Positions 1 through 12,906 of a DNA stretch of 64,000 bases are shown here, piece after piece (the stretch's first letter is position 1; every line of letters starts with the position of its first letter). The translations under genes and the position numbers were made by a program. Under the pieces are notes generated by a model that worked only from the letters and a program-made list of their open reading frames with translations, ran no database searches and was not told where the DNA came from. This DNA comes from Haplodiscus bocki (Eukaryota): assembly GCA_965655095.1 (NCBI GenBank), contig OZ296650.1:52514001-52578000 (forward strand), in the 5' to 3' direction.

Positions 1-167
1 CGAGTTTTTTTCACAATCATTTTCAAGGTTTCTTTGCGACCGTCCGAATTGTTTTGACTCGATATGCGCTGATGGGTCCGAAATGCATGCTTAGAGGTAG
101 TCCAAAAAGTTTAAGCTCACAGTGAAAATTCTTATGCCATCACGAAGTCGCTAAATTAGGTATCTGC

Positions 168-1989
168 TGTCGGACTGATGCGTGGTTGTACCAGAAATGG
201 TACCAAAGTCAGTCCTGGGGTAGTGGCTCGGATGCGGTGTGGTCACCCTTCCCTGCACCAACCGAGTCAACTCCTCTAGCTGGCGGGTCAGGGGAGCGAT
301 AAATCCTTTAATTTGCTCGTTGACCGCTTCTTGGGTCAACGTATGACTCTCGGAGACTCTTCCATCAACATTTTCCGATGATGTTTCCGGTTACGCTTTC
401 TTCGATGCTAACGTTTTCACTCATTACGCGCTCTATACGTGTGTGTTGAATCTTTTGCCGTTCCTAAGTTCTCCGTAGTTTGCGGAATCAAGCATTCAAG
501 TTTCAAGACTTGAATTTAGTGATGAACTTAGATGTTTTTTGGATGTTTACAAAAGTCGATATCTGCCAAAGTTTACCAAAAGATTAAAAAACTGAAGTTT
601 GTCGTTGGAGTTAATGCAATCTAAACGGGTCAAAACTGAGTTATAAGCAGTGTGTGAAGTAATTTGTCGTTCTGACAAGCGTAAACTAGCTTACTGATTG
701 CGCACATTCTGAGTTGGTCCTTGATGGATCTGCGTGGTCACGTGACCGATGGTAAGACAAATTCTTACCATCGGCGAGTTCTCATTGGCTCCTCTGCAAT
801 ATCAAAAACTAACTAACAAAACGCAAATCCACCGCAACTGTGGGGGCTACCTGTGTATATCATGGTAAGTATCCAATTTTGTTACAATAATTTTGCATAA
901 AGTCAAAATGGGGGAATATAGCTAATGTAACAATCACATACATAAAATATTTGCACGAAATTATAATAAGAGAATCAGCGCTCTTTGTATTGCACTCGTA
1001 GTGTTTTCATTGTCGATCTACATTAATTTCAAGCAATTTCAGTTTCTATCGGAGTTCATCATTTCCCCTGTATCTACTCTTACAATTCATTACTTAAACG
1101 CTGCTAGCTCCTAGATTCAATGACTTCCGATGTACTTTAATGACGGACATGTCATAGCTCTATTTGAGTTCATGAATCATTGAGTTGGGTCAATACTGCA
1201 TCGTATCAAAGGATAAAGATGAAGAATATTGTTGTCAGCAAATAATTTTATCAATAAATCACGTTGAGTCACGGCTTTCATTCTGTTGATGAAAAGAGAT
1301 GTATTTTAAACAGTCTGACAGTCTATACGGGAGTTTTTCACCGTTTGGATGAAACCCGATGAAAAATTAAATAGCACATTCAGAAATTGACTCGGGTTGC
1401 ATGTAAACCGATGAATTTTTGTTTTGTCCTTTAATCCATTCCGTTGTTACTTATAGACTTCTTAATGTCGATAAATATTCTCTGGTCCATGATAATCTAC
1501 TGTGCGTCTTGTTGGAATGAATTAATAGAAGGAAACGTCATCCTGATATTTTCCGATGAAAATGTATCCCGGCTCTTTTATTATCATATAAGTCTGGCCG
1601 CTACAGAGGGCATTTGTAGTGGCCTATAGTATTCCAGTTGGAGCATTTTGGTGTCTTTTATGTTAATTCCAGTTACTTTGAGCCTTCATCGGATTCCATC
1701 ATTTTCATCGAATTGTTCCAGCACGTTGGTTATAGATGGATAAAGATGCTGTTATTTGCTCAGTGATACTTTCAGCATAATGCATATTGTTGTTTACATA
1801 AAACATAAATCGCGTTAATACCAGGGGGAAGGAAACTAGTAGAACATAATTGCATTTATACTTCTATGCGGTTTTGGCTACAGAAATTGCATTAAGATCT
1901 TAGTAATGATAATGGCTTTATACATATAAAACATATCGTAAGTTTAGGGATATGTAGATATCTTATATTTCCCTCATGCGAGCATGACA
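168..1989 (-). mobile_element. LTR-retrotransposon-derived unit (long solo-LTR-like or internally deleted element, probably Gypsy-type)
   Basis: Bounded by TGTC(168)...GACA(1989) with a near-perfect 5-bp TSD (tctgc 163-167 / tctac 1990-1994). The minus-strand start TGTCATGCTCGCATGAGGGAA is shared with the element ending at 63568. Contains decayed Cys/aromatic-rich coding-like sequence (about 970-1780) and a gag-N-terminus-like ORF (339 to 168) that runs off the end. Confidence 0.6.
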
Positions 1990-2063
1990 TCTACTGCTTT
2001 CAATTGTTTTCAATCACCGTGCTAAAGATTATAGTTCATACAAAACTGGAACTGTTGTTTCAG

Positions 2064-5000
2064 ATCCTGAAAACTGGGGTCAAACTTATCCCTCGTGTGA
2101 TTCGAACAACCAAAGCCCTATAGACATAGTCACACATCATGCTCTTCACCAGACTTCTCTTGACGGTTCCTTTGACATGTCCGACAGCTTCTTCCAACCA
2201 ATTAAAACGAGTTTGCTGGAGAACACAGGGGATTACTGTTAGTTAATCCAAAATAGAACAATTTGGATTCATTAGAAACATTGTACAGTCACCATATGAG
2301 CCATAAAACCAAGATGGTTTGCGTCATGAAAAATCTCCCGGGTCGAGATTTATTTGAGATTCGCCGTTATTTTTCTAAGATCGCCGGTAATTCCGCTGAT
2401 ATCGCCGTTAATCTGCTACGAAACCCCGATGCGCCGTTGTCGTAGAACTTCTTTTGAGAAATGAGGTTGACCGCCGCTATTTTTTTAAGAAAAGCCGTTA
2501 TTCTCGCCGATATCCTACAAAAAACGCCGGTATATTTTTTAGTACTGATGCAGAAAAAGGCTAACCCAATTGAGAAAGCAGATTTCCGCAGAAGAAAAGC
2601 AAAAGACGTTGGAATGTTTTTTCTAGTCCAAAACGAGAGCTATTATATACCAACATCTTCGCATCCTAAAAGTCAGTGAAAATAGTGACAAAATCCAGTT
2701 TAGTAGAAACCAAACAGACATTCGGTTCCATCATATCCAACTGTATTTGTGGGAGTGAAAATTGTTCGACAATTTCATTGAGATAATCTATTTTTTGACC
2801 ATGTTTTTGCCTTTTGATGTATATTCAGTTTTTTCTTTACTGCGCGATATCGCAATTATTGAATCGTTTCTGCTGATCTGGGGTCCTATGGAGGCCAGGT
2901 TCTTGTCGTGGATCCTGTCAAGTGAGCTATATTGCGCCCGCGAGTTGAGAGCCTCCAATTTGAAACATAAAGACTCCTGTTTCCATCATCTGCAAACTTT
3001 GTTTGTGGAAGGCAACATAATCCGGCAACTTTATTGAATTTTTTTAGCCTTTTTACTGGCTAGTTGAGGAGGTCCAAAATTGAAGACTTTCGCTGTTAAT
3101 ATTGAACAACAGCGGCGAAAATTTTATTGGCGAATTTCTGCTATGATTTGCCGATTCAAAGCCCGCCGTTATTTTTATAAGATATGAGTGGTAATTTATG
3201 GGCGGAAATTTCTTGAGAAACGGCTGTAATCGGTGTTATTTTTCCGAGAAACGCCGGTAACCGCTGCTAAATTCCTAAGAAAACATCGGTAACCTTCATT
3301 ATTTTTGTATGAAATACCGGCGGTTCCGCGTTTTTTTTCCGCCGATCCGCCGTTATCGAAGAAAAATTTCAGCCAAAATTTCGACCCAAGCTACTTTTCC
3401 ACAATTTGCTTTTTTTTACTTTTAACTTCTATCAAAGATAGCTAGAAATTTTTAAAAGTGTTGAAGATATAATTCATATCATTTTGATGCATCTGCGAAT
3501 GTTTACCAGACAAGCTAACACCTTTTGGCGATGCCATCCAGATCATTGGAGGAGGTGGCCTGGAGAAATACCCGCTGACGTTCCAGAACTTGATTCTGCA
3601 CTTCGGGTCTGAAAACAACCCGTATGGAGCAGAACACACAATTGATGGTCATAGATACCCTGCCGAGGTTTGCTTCAAGTCAATTGTTTCATGAACGCGT
3701 AATGACACCAATGTCATGTTTAGTAATTAATTTCATCTACATAATATTTTTTAAGATGCAGTTGATGTTCACAAACGACCAAATTCCCGAATTGGAGAAG
3801 GGCAGTGTTGTCATTTGGTCTTTCTTCCTCGGGGTAAAGTTTCAAAATTATGGAAATAGCAAAATCTTCTAAATAAGTTTCTGAATGTGATACATTCGGG
3901 ATGGAACTCGAAACTCGAAACTTGCGAAAGAATCAGACATGCAAATAGTAAAAGAGCCGTAATGAGAAGAATGCAACCATTCACAAAGCAAGCAGTTCAT
4001 GATCTTGCTCTGATATTGATGACGTCGTGACATGACCATTTAATGACTTGCCATAATTTTTACCATAATATTCCCTAGTCGAGCTTGCATTGAAGTTTTG
4101 CATGTTTTTGTAAGTTGCTGACACTTTTTACAAGTTTTTATATGATGCATGTAAAATTTTATATTATTAAAATTTGATTGCTGCAGGAAACTATTAGAAA
4201 AATTTTTCCATGCTGCAAACAAAATCTGAATGCAGCTGACATATTTCAATTTTTACAAAATTTTGAATGCAGCAGGTAAAATTCTCCATGCACAATTCCA
4301 AAAATTATGTTCAATCAAAAATTTGAGATCGCGATAATTTATTCATTTCACGAATTTTCTTTTTTGTGTCCCTGAAAAGTTGCATAAGCGACAGATATGT
4401 CTCACAAGGTAAAAATATCACATTTCAGCATGTTTTTTGATCAAAAATCAAAAACTTCAGAAAAAAACTTTAGTTTGAGACCGTACATATCCTCCATAAT
4501 TACAAACATTCAACGTCTGCTCGATAGTTTGTTAATACGTCTGTCTCTTTGTGGAGAAGGAACTCATAGCAGGTATTCCTTTGCTTAGGTGAAGTAGTGT
4601 ATAAAATTTTTAGCGTAAGAAAATAATTTTTGGAAAGTTTTGTCAGTATTTTGCATAGAAATTTAATAAAAATTTGGCATGTGGCATGGAAGTTTTGAAA
4701 AATCTTTTCACCTTGAATTGAAATTTTGTAAGAATTTTCCATGAGAGATGTCTGAAGTTGCTGAATATTTTTTAAAAAATTGCCTGCATGCAGGTATGCA
4801 GCATGTAAAATTTTCATGCAATGTCAACTAGGGTTTCTGAGCAGTGGGATACCGTTAAACGATCACTTTATGACAGGTCCGGAAACTAATTTTTCACTTG
4901 ATGTTCATTTGAAATCCCTATTTGTAAATTTTCAGGTGTCTGAATTATTCGTTTTCAGATTTACACTGACGAAGATAAATACAAAAGAGGTGGAAGCTTT

Positions 5001-8000
5001 GACACTCTTGTATCAGAATTAGAATCAGTATCTAGCTCCGGTTTGTGTTTTTTAACTTTAATTCAATATGTAGATAAAATTTTGAGAAATTTTCAATTCG
5101 GCCATATCTTGTGATTTTTGAGAATTACGCAACTGTATGTATCGTTTCAATCTTTATCGCAAAATACAGTTCTTTTTTTATCACACTACTACTTTACAGT
5201 CATAACTTTAAGAAATACAACCAAGCAATTTCAATACGCTTCACAAAATCCTAAGTGGAGAGGTAAATAATAGAAGATCAAAGTGACCAAAAATAATCCA
5301 AGAAAGCTCCTTAAAAAGGCTTTCAGATGGTTATTTTATTTGGAAAAAGAAGTACTTCAAAAGCGTAGAAATTCGTGTCCCAAAAATTAAGCAAATAAAC
5401 TATGCAAGCATTGCGTATATTGACTAATTTTGGCAGTTTTTGCAAGATTTCTTGATAATGACGCAAGATACCGAGAAGCAAATTGTGTAATTTGTTAGTA
5501 TTAGTTTTTCACCGGATGCTTTTATATTTACCACTTGTTCAAAACTATGAATTATTCGATTAATTCGCAAAAAGTAAAAGTATAGGTTCAACGTCCTATT
5601 TTAATACAGTGTTTTTGAAACTATAGTTGATTCAAAATGGATTTTCAAACAGTTTTTTAAAACTTTTCCGCGGACAGATGATATCAGCTGTCACAAAAAC
5701 ATCAGGAGAATCTATTGATGAATTAAAATTCCACACATCTTTCTTTCAAGATGCGAAATCCTCAAAAAGTGGAAAATTTGGCCAGAAAATGGATATTCTA
5801 GCTTTTGCTCTATTTGTTGGAATTTTTAAAAACAAACATCATTATTTTCTGCTGTATATTTTTCCCGAAGCTATTTGTGTTTGTAATTGAAGTTTTAAAA
5901 TGTCCAGTCACATTATTTTAAATCATGACTGTTCTCAATTGAGCAGTCCTAAGTGAAATGGAGATGTTGAGCCGTGTTTCGGTTTTTTAAATATATCAAC
6001 TTTTTCTGACTTCATCGCCAAGAGACCGAAGCCAGCAAGAGAAAAAAGCGAGCCAAAAAAACGAGTAAAACTCAGTGAGTGTTTCTATTATGGCGCCAAG
6101 ATGATTGTACCGAATGAGGAATTTGAATTCATGAATGAAGAACGTATGCCAGCCATCGAACGCTCTGAGCACTTTTCGTGAGCAAGCCACGCTTATAATT
6201 TGCGTTTTCCATGATCTTGGCAATTGCCGAATCATGCTTAAGCATTCCATATGTTAGAGTTTTGTTTGATATTACATTTTTTTGACTGGCAAACAAGAAC
6301 GCGAACAATTTTTGCTGACTAATTTAGTAAACTTTAGTCATAAAGCAGTGCCTTCAGCTGTCAAAGATGCCCGAAACAACGCAACCCGGTATTTTTATGA
6401 GTATTACAACTCCGACCGCGGAATTAAATATTTGAAAAGTTATCAAAAACTACGGAAAATAAATCGGCTCGTTCGTTTTACTGATTAAGAGCAGTTAAAA
6501 ATTTCCAAGCATTTCATCAACCTGATTAAAACTATTTAGAAAAAATTAGAAAACTGAAATTAGGCATCTTCGTTAAAGAGTGTTTTTTGAGCGTCTTGTG
6601 TTTGCAAAACAGATCTAACGCTTGTTAGTTCGGAGGAATATCATTCGATAGCAATCAGGCTTCAAGATCACTTTTAAAAGATTCATGTTGTTCTAATACG
6701 TATGATTGCAAAGTACTGCGTCTGGATCCGAATTCATAGATTTAGGGGACCTGTTGACTGAAGTACTTAATTTAGGATGAAAATCATACTGGGGACCTTC
6801 TTCTCTTATCTCTGGTTTTCCCTGCCGGAATTCTGGGAAGTTCTTGGAAGGGTTCCTGATTGTACCTCGACTTGAGAGTTTAGAAGAAAATCAACCAACT
6901 TTGATAATTCGACCGTCAGTCTCGCCAGTCTCGCCAATTTTATGCCACAATTTTTTCGCACTCTTCCTTCTTTTTCCGTTTCCTCGGAGACCTGAGTGAT
7001 ACAATCCTCGTTGACTCTAGGAATATTTGTGTCCCGTGACGAGTTGTACCTAGGACGCCCTCCTTGGCTGTCTCTGTTGACTGCTGCCAGTTTAGTTTTA
7101 ATTCTGAAGTTGCCATTTGAAAGGGAAAACTAGTTGAACAGTTTTCATGACTAAATTGACTTTTTTATGACTTGTAATTTTTTACATGATTGTTTACCCG
7201 CCAAGTCAAGGTATAAAATAAGGGAAACGTAGTTTATAAATAAGAGTACCAATCTATTTTCCGACTAAGGTGGGAAAAAACCACGTTTCCATTCATTTCC
7301 TTCCTCCGCTCTCCATAGGCTGCGTCGTCTCTATCTTTCGACAGAAAATGGACGAACCTAATTCATCGAAATGGACATCAAATTGCTTAATCCCGCGACA
7401 ACTTATGATTTACTGACAAAAAACAATTGATTGAAAGTTTCATTCTTGGAAAAATAAAACTATTTTAAATATCAATCATGGAAAAAGTGAAAGTAATGAT
7501 AACATGTAATCACAAACTTTCATGCTAGAAGGAGAAAAAAATGTGGACCTGCTCAAAAATTTTGTTGAAAACTTGGTCGGAGCTAGGAACATTCCCAATC
7601 TGATCCTCATTTCAACTAGTCCCTTCTGGAACAGTTCCGTGTTTGCTAGTAGCACGGAGTAGTGTAGTGAGGCTGGGCAGTGGGACGGGGTGAAGAGGAA
7701 TTAACTCTGCATTCAGTTTTTTAGCACAACTTACTAGCATGGTAAATATTAATCGGAAAGGTTGTGATGTCAGCAGACTAGTAGTGACGGAACACGTACG
7801 GAAGAAATATTCACTTCTAGAGTCTTCATGTTGTGAACCGGTTGCACTTTTGGCTTTTTTGAGAGCATCACTTGAAATCAACATCAATTTAATACAACAG
7901 TTTACAAAGGTGGATATGTTTCATGAAGTAGTTAAAATATTAAAAGTATTTTTTATGTGAAGATTTAAAACAGTTTTACAATGTTTTATAGTTTGAAAAA

Positions 8001-8510
8001 AAATGAACATACTTAAATATAAATGTTTAAATACCCTAGCACCTTTTGGTTTATTAAAAAATCCTTAGTAATTACTTGTTTGTTCAGTAACGGTTCAGTC
8101 CAAGTCTAGATGAGTTTACTAAGGTAATCCCTGTTTCAACGGATCATTTCACAAGAAAACAAAGTATACATAAAAGTGAATTGTTTGTTTACATACAGAA
8201 TATTAGTTTTCTTGAGAGTCCGCGAATGATCCTTTCTTGGGGATTATCTGCCCGCTAGCTCCGCAGTTATGCTGCGACAATATGTTTCTTTTTCCATGAT
8301 GATGATTGAATAAATGAAACTTAATTGAAATCTGTTGCAGTTAGTTCGAAGAATGTCAGTGACATAAACCTGAGTTCTCTGGTGCCAATATTCAATGCGT
8401 GGTCGTTTAATCGCTACTACAGATACAGTGGCTCCTTGTCATTTCCTCCATGCAATGCAGGTGTTGAATGGACTATTTTCAAAGACCCAATTCCCATCGC
8501 CAAACATCAA
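2064..8510 (+). CDS. Alpha-carbonic anhydrase-related protein (likely acatalytic CARP), partial. Exons 2064-2237, 3510-3667, 3756-3833, 4959-5040, 5200-5262, 8341-8510; first and last exons not found
   Basis: All introns are GT-AG and phase-compatible (1,0,0,1,1). The spliced translation has alpha-CA motifs: PENWGQTYPSCDSNNQSPIDI, LENTGDYY, FQNLILHFGS..GAEHTIDGHRYPAEMQLMF, YYRYSGSLSFPPCNAGVEWTIFKDPIPIAKHQ. Confidence 0.9.
2338..3389. mobile_element. Non-autonomous TIR DNA element (MITE-like) in a CA intron
   Basis: Imperfect terminal inverted repeats (gggtcgagattt / aaatttcgaccc) and many subterminal cgccgttatt-like motifs at both ends. A related element lies at about 8814-9560. Confidence 0.5.
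4073..4833. mobile_element. MITE with CCCTAGT termini
   Basis: Left end ccctagtcgagcttgcattgaagttttgcatg matches the reverse complement of the right end, ccctagttgacattgcatgaaaattttacatg. Internal catgc-rich subrepeats; no coding capacity. Confidence 0.6.
6707..7343 (-). mobile_element. Degenerate LTR-like unit with a gag-N-terminus-like ORF remnant
   Basis: Minus strand starts TGTCGAAAG at 7343. The frameshifted ORF remnant MATSELKTKLAAVNRDSQ...DCITQVSEE runs toward the element end. Left boundary approximate; no TSD seen. Confidence 0.45.
7579..8043. mobile_element. Possible MITE
   Basis: Imperfect TIR (ggagctaggaacatt versus reverse complement ggtgctagggtattt) and internal actag repeats. 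Confidence 0.3.
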
Positions 8511-8813
8511 GTTAGTCGTCAAATCAATTGATTGCTAAAAATTCGACAATATTTCAACTCCCACGTTTACTCTTTATTGTTGTTCGCTAAACTTTTGTAT
8601 CAGTTAAATTGATGAAGATTCACTCTTAGTTTTGCAAATTTGAACCTGTAGTCTAAAAAGAAACCTTTTGTCAAAATTCACTTGAATTCATAATAAAAAA
8701 TTGGAGGCCTGATGATTTTAATTTTCAGTAGAAACTTTTATAGCATCTCAAGGTAATTATTCAAATCAGACCAATAATTTTTGAAAAATTTGATAATTTT
8801 TTTCAGGCAAATA

Positions 8814-9560
8814 CCGGGTGGAACTTTTTCTGACCAACGCTGGTTTTTCCGCAGATAACATCAGTATGCTGGAAATATCAGCCGATACAACATTATAACA
8901 GAAAACATCATTTTCGGCGATAATTTGCTAAGACACGCGCATATAATTTTGCCGATATCTCAGCAAAAAACGCCGGTAAAATTATTCAAACTAAGTTCGA
9001 ACACAATTTAGCAACATCTTTCATCAGATTAACCGGCGAGAGGTCACGGATTTCTGCTAATAAAACAACTGCTAATTTGAAGCACTCTCTCAAATCCGAC
9101 TGCGAAAACATTTTGGGAAAATATTTTGTGTACGAAATTGAGAATCCGATTAACCGTTGAAAACTGTGATAGTTTCGATACAGAAATGTTATGAAATTAT
9201 AGGCAAAATGTTACGTGCAACGAAGACTAATTCTCTTGACTTTTTCGAGTATCATATTCTTTTGCTTTCACCGAACTCAGCTAGTACTCCCTTTGGCCCA
9301 AAAAATCCTGAAAAATTGTATATAAAAGTTTCCAATAAAACGCGTAAGCAGTAAAATGTTCGTCAAATTGGCCTAAATAAATAAGGAGCGCCTCTAATTT
9401 GCCAAGGTCGCCTTTATTTTTATCGGTTATGGCCCTCATTTTTCCAAGAAATGCAGTTCTCACCCGTGTTTTCCTAAGATATAACGCACAAAAACGGATA
9501 AATTCATAGCCTTTAATTCCTTCATTTTGAAAAATTTTGAAGGCAAATTTTGACCGGGGT
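8814..9560. mobile_element. MITE-like element related to 2338-3389
   Basis: Termini ccgggtggaacttt / aaattttgaccgggg with similar internal cgccg(g/a)ta motifs. Confidence 0.4.
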
Positions 9561-9699
9561 TTCAAGCGCCACTTTTTTTTCACAGGAAACAGATATATCT
9601 TATGTTTCTAACCAAAGAATATTTTCCTGTCATAAGAAATTTGTTTAGGCATTGAATAATTGAACCGGAACCAAAAATAGATATCCCTTTGTTCCAGGC

Positions 9700-11700
9700 G
9701 TGTTAACTTTGGCTCTAATCACAAAAAATTAAGTAACATCAACTACTCACTCAATTTGGAAATTGTCTACTTTTTGATAACTATGTTACTTTAATAATGG
9801 AAAAGTCTTCTTGCGTGGGTCACGGTAATGCAAAAATTGCCGCGAAATAGGAACTGAACAAATGAAACTTCGCTCCTTCCAAAAAAGAGACTGGAGAAAA
9901 ACGAGTGAGGGAATAATAGAGGCCTTGCTCGTTCCGCTGGCTGACCTCTGACAACGTGCTGGAAAATTCTAGCTGACAGGAGGGAATATCAGAAGGTAAT
10001 ACAAAGTGTTGACAGGGTTTAGGGAATTGCTGATCTTCTTCTAAAAAAATTGAGTTGAGAAAAACCACCTCGCTCAATCCGATGATACTTTGTTGAACAA
10101 AGATGTTCTAAAAACTAGACAACGCAGGATACACAATGTCGAAAAGCAAACTCGCAATTTGCAACTGAAAATGAACGGGTCGGACACAGAACAGATCAGG
10201 GCAATATCAAACATCGCAAGACAAATTAGAAACAAAAACAGTTGAAAGTATAGGAAAACGTGGAATACTTAGCGAAAGTTACAATATGTGTTAAGAAATG
10301 TCCAATACTTGCAGAGAAGCACGCATGGTTTAGAGGGCCGCAAAAAATATAGAATGAGAGTCGAACCAAGAACATTCAGATGATTAATAGCATTTAAAGT
10401 ACCTAATCACCCTTATACAGTGTTTGGCAGACAAGACCAACCAACTGGTATTATAGCCTATAACATTTACGATTAGAATTTCATCAGAAAAACGTAGACC
10501 AGAAAATGGTACAATAAATGAATTGGGTTAACTAACAGTGGGGTGGGGACATAATCAATTCTGTTAACACGTGCACGAAAAACAAGTAAAGCTGTAATTT
10601 GACCATGAAGCATCAAAATCTTCATCAAAAAGTAACCATTCTAATAAAAACAGTAGCATCCCATCAACTTGCTCATTAGATATATAACCCTTTCCAATAA
10701 TAAAGCCATGCATACGGTGGGCAAGCATTCAGGTTGAATAGACTGAATGAGCAGAATTCCGGTTAACCGGTCAATGATCGATGCACAGTACTTATATGTA
10801 TACTTATATGTATGCATACGAAACTCAACAGCGTTTTAACTAATAGTTTACGCTGTTTACATTCGTATTCAAACTTAGTTGCCTTGAGTTGCAACGAGGG
10901 ATAAAATAAAATTGACGAAACGGAACGCGTTTCCAGGATGATGGCTGAAGATGTTATTCACAACTACAATTAGATAAATTACTTTCAGAGCATCAATCAC
11001 AAATGACGAAACTATACATCATATAAACTTGGCAAAAGCGGCACTTACTCAATCAGCAATACGCAAATTGCTGGTGAATGATCGATTAGTTCAATTAGTG
11101 GAAAAATGAATCAAACACTTCAGGGAAAGAAAAATTGGAAACTTATTCCAATAGAATTATTCAAATACCACAGCAAAACTCGATGTGCAAACCAACATGT
11201 GCATGTGGCGACACAACAGAACTAATGTGAAAATAAAAAGGAACCAGTTTTCCAGAGGAGGATAGCGTACATCACGGGAAGTGGATGAAGTAAAAACCGG
11301 CATAAGACCGGCGATACGAGCTGCTGAGGGTTAAGACAAAACTTGTCAATTATTGACCTGCAGTGACAAACCAGGTCAGTTATTGATATACGTCAGCGAA
11401 AAGCTTCCCACGAAGCTCATTCGCGTGGCTGTTCTCCTATGCAAGGAACAAATCCATAAATTTTCATTCGAGTACTTCACCACAACTAGAGTGCTTTTGA
11501 TTGAGACTTTGATGGAAGAAAACAAGCCTATAATTACGGAGAAATAGCAGTTTTGATATCAAAATAAATCATTATAAACAACATTTTTGGAGATTCCGGA
11601 GTCTCAGAATTCCGACGCCAGGAATTTATTCGATGATGTTTTAGATTCATAGGCCTTCAGATGTTTGAATTTGTCGATTAAGAATTCAGGGGAAGAGATT
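9700..11700 (+). mobile_element. Heavily degenerate LTR-retrotransposon relic (Gypsy-like, tentative)
   Basis: A-rich, stop-riddled coding-like sequence reminiscent of gag/pol. No intact diagnostic motif; boundaries approximate. Confidence 0.3.
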
Positions 11701-12584
11701 GCGGCAGTAGTTATGGAAAGATGAAAAGTTTGGAAATTGAGTTTTCTCAAAACTAATGGCACTTTCTTGCATTTGCAGTGTATCAGGATTCTGATGCAAG
11801 GAGCAACATCAATGAGTATTCAATCGTAAACTCTAATACAAGCATCTGATTCAGACATCAGTGAAAGAGTTGATGATTGAATTTTTGGAGAAAACTGAGT
11901 TTAAACCACAAGGAAAATCAAAACTAATTGCGTATTTTGAGAAGGATTTCTCTCAATGTGAGAAATACAGAACAGTATATTCCGGCTCAATTATTTTTGT
12001 TAAAAAATTGTAGTTTTTTCACCTCGGAGAAACGAAGAGAGCAAAAAAACTATAGTAAAAAGCTGGAAAAAGTTCACCTATTTGCCTTTATAATCAACTT
12101 GTTAATTTTTTTCAACAGATTTTTTACCTTTTCTTCCGGTTGTCTAAAAAGTTCGGAAACTTTTCACATTCTTTTTTCAAAAATGAAAAACAACGATTGA
12201 TTTAGTTACGTTGGAGAACCGATAATTTTCACGGAAGAAAGAGCCCACCTGAAACCCTAAATTCTGTCGAAAACAAACCGTTTTCGCTTTTACAAAAAAA
12301 ATTGTGAAAAAGTATCTTTGAAAAATGTTTTTCGAAAAATATGGTTGATAACCGGATTCGAAACCGGTGCCTGTGGGCTACCTAAAAGCTGCTTTACCTG
12401 AAAAAAGGAATAAACACTTTGCCAACGAACCTGCGCGTCATGAGAATTTTCAGGGAAAAAATTACTGAATTGATTATCTTCGTTTCGAAAACTTTTTTCG
12501 ACGGAATTATTAAATTTTTCCAGAACAGACGCTATTTTTTTTGAGACATTCAATAGCGATTTTCATGTTTTTTTCATCGTCAGC

Positions 12585-12906
12585 CAAAAGTTACGTAATG
12601 CAAGTAGTGAAAAACTTTTGCTCAGATCACACGTGAATGCATTCGACGCTTCGTTGATTGCATTCGACGTTGGAATAGGATATCCAGCAAAATGCGACTA
12701 CTGCTGCACTCTTCACAAAGTTTCCGATTAAAACATTGCAGCTGATAAGCTGCAATGTTTTAATCGGAAACTTTGTGAAGAGTGCAGCAGTAGTCGCATT
12801 TTGCTGGATATCCTATTCCAACGTCGAATGCAATCAACGAAGCGTCGAATGCATTCACGTGTGATCTGAGCAAAAGTTTTTCACTACTTGCATTACGTAA
12901 CTTTTG
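12585..12906. repeat. Perfect palindrome: 159-bp arms, 4-nt spacer (gata, 12744-12747)
   Basis: 12585-12743 is the exact reverse complement of 12748-12906, checked base by base. Confidence 0.97.

Noticed and set aside
4936-4958. Upstream acceptor (ttcag at 4935) for the CARP exon
   Set aside because: Adds 23 nt and shifts the frame into a stop; 4959 keeps the frame.
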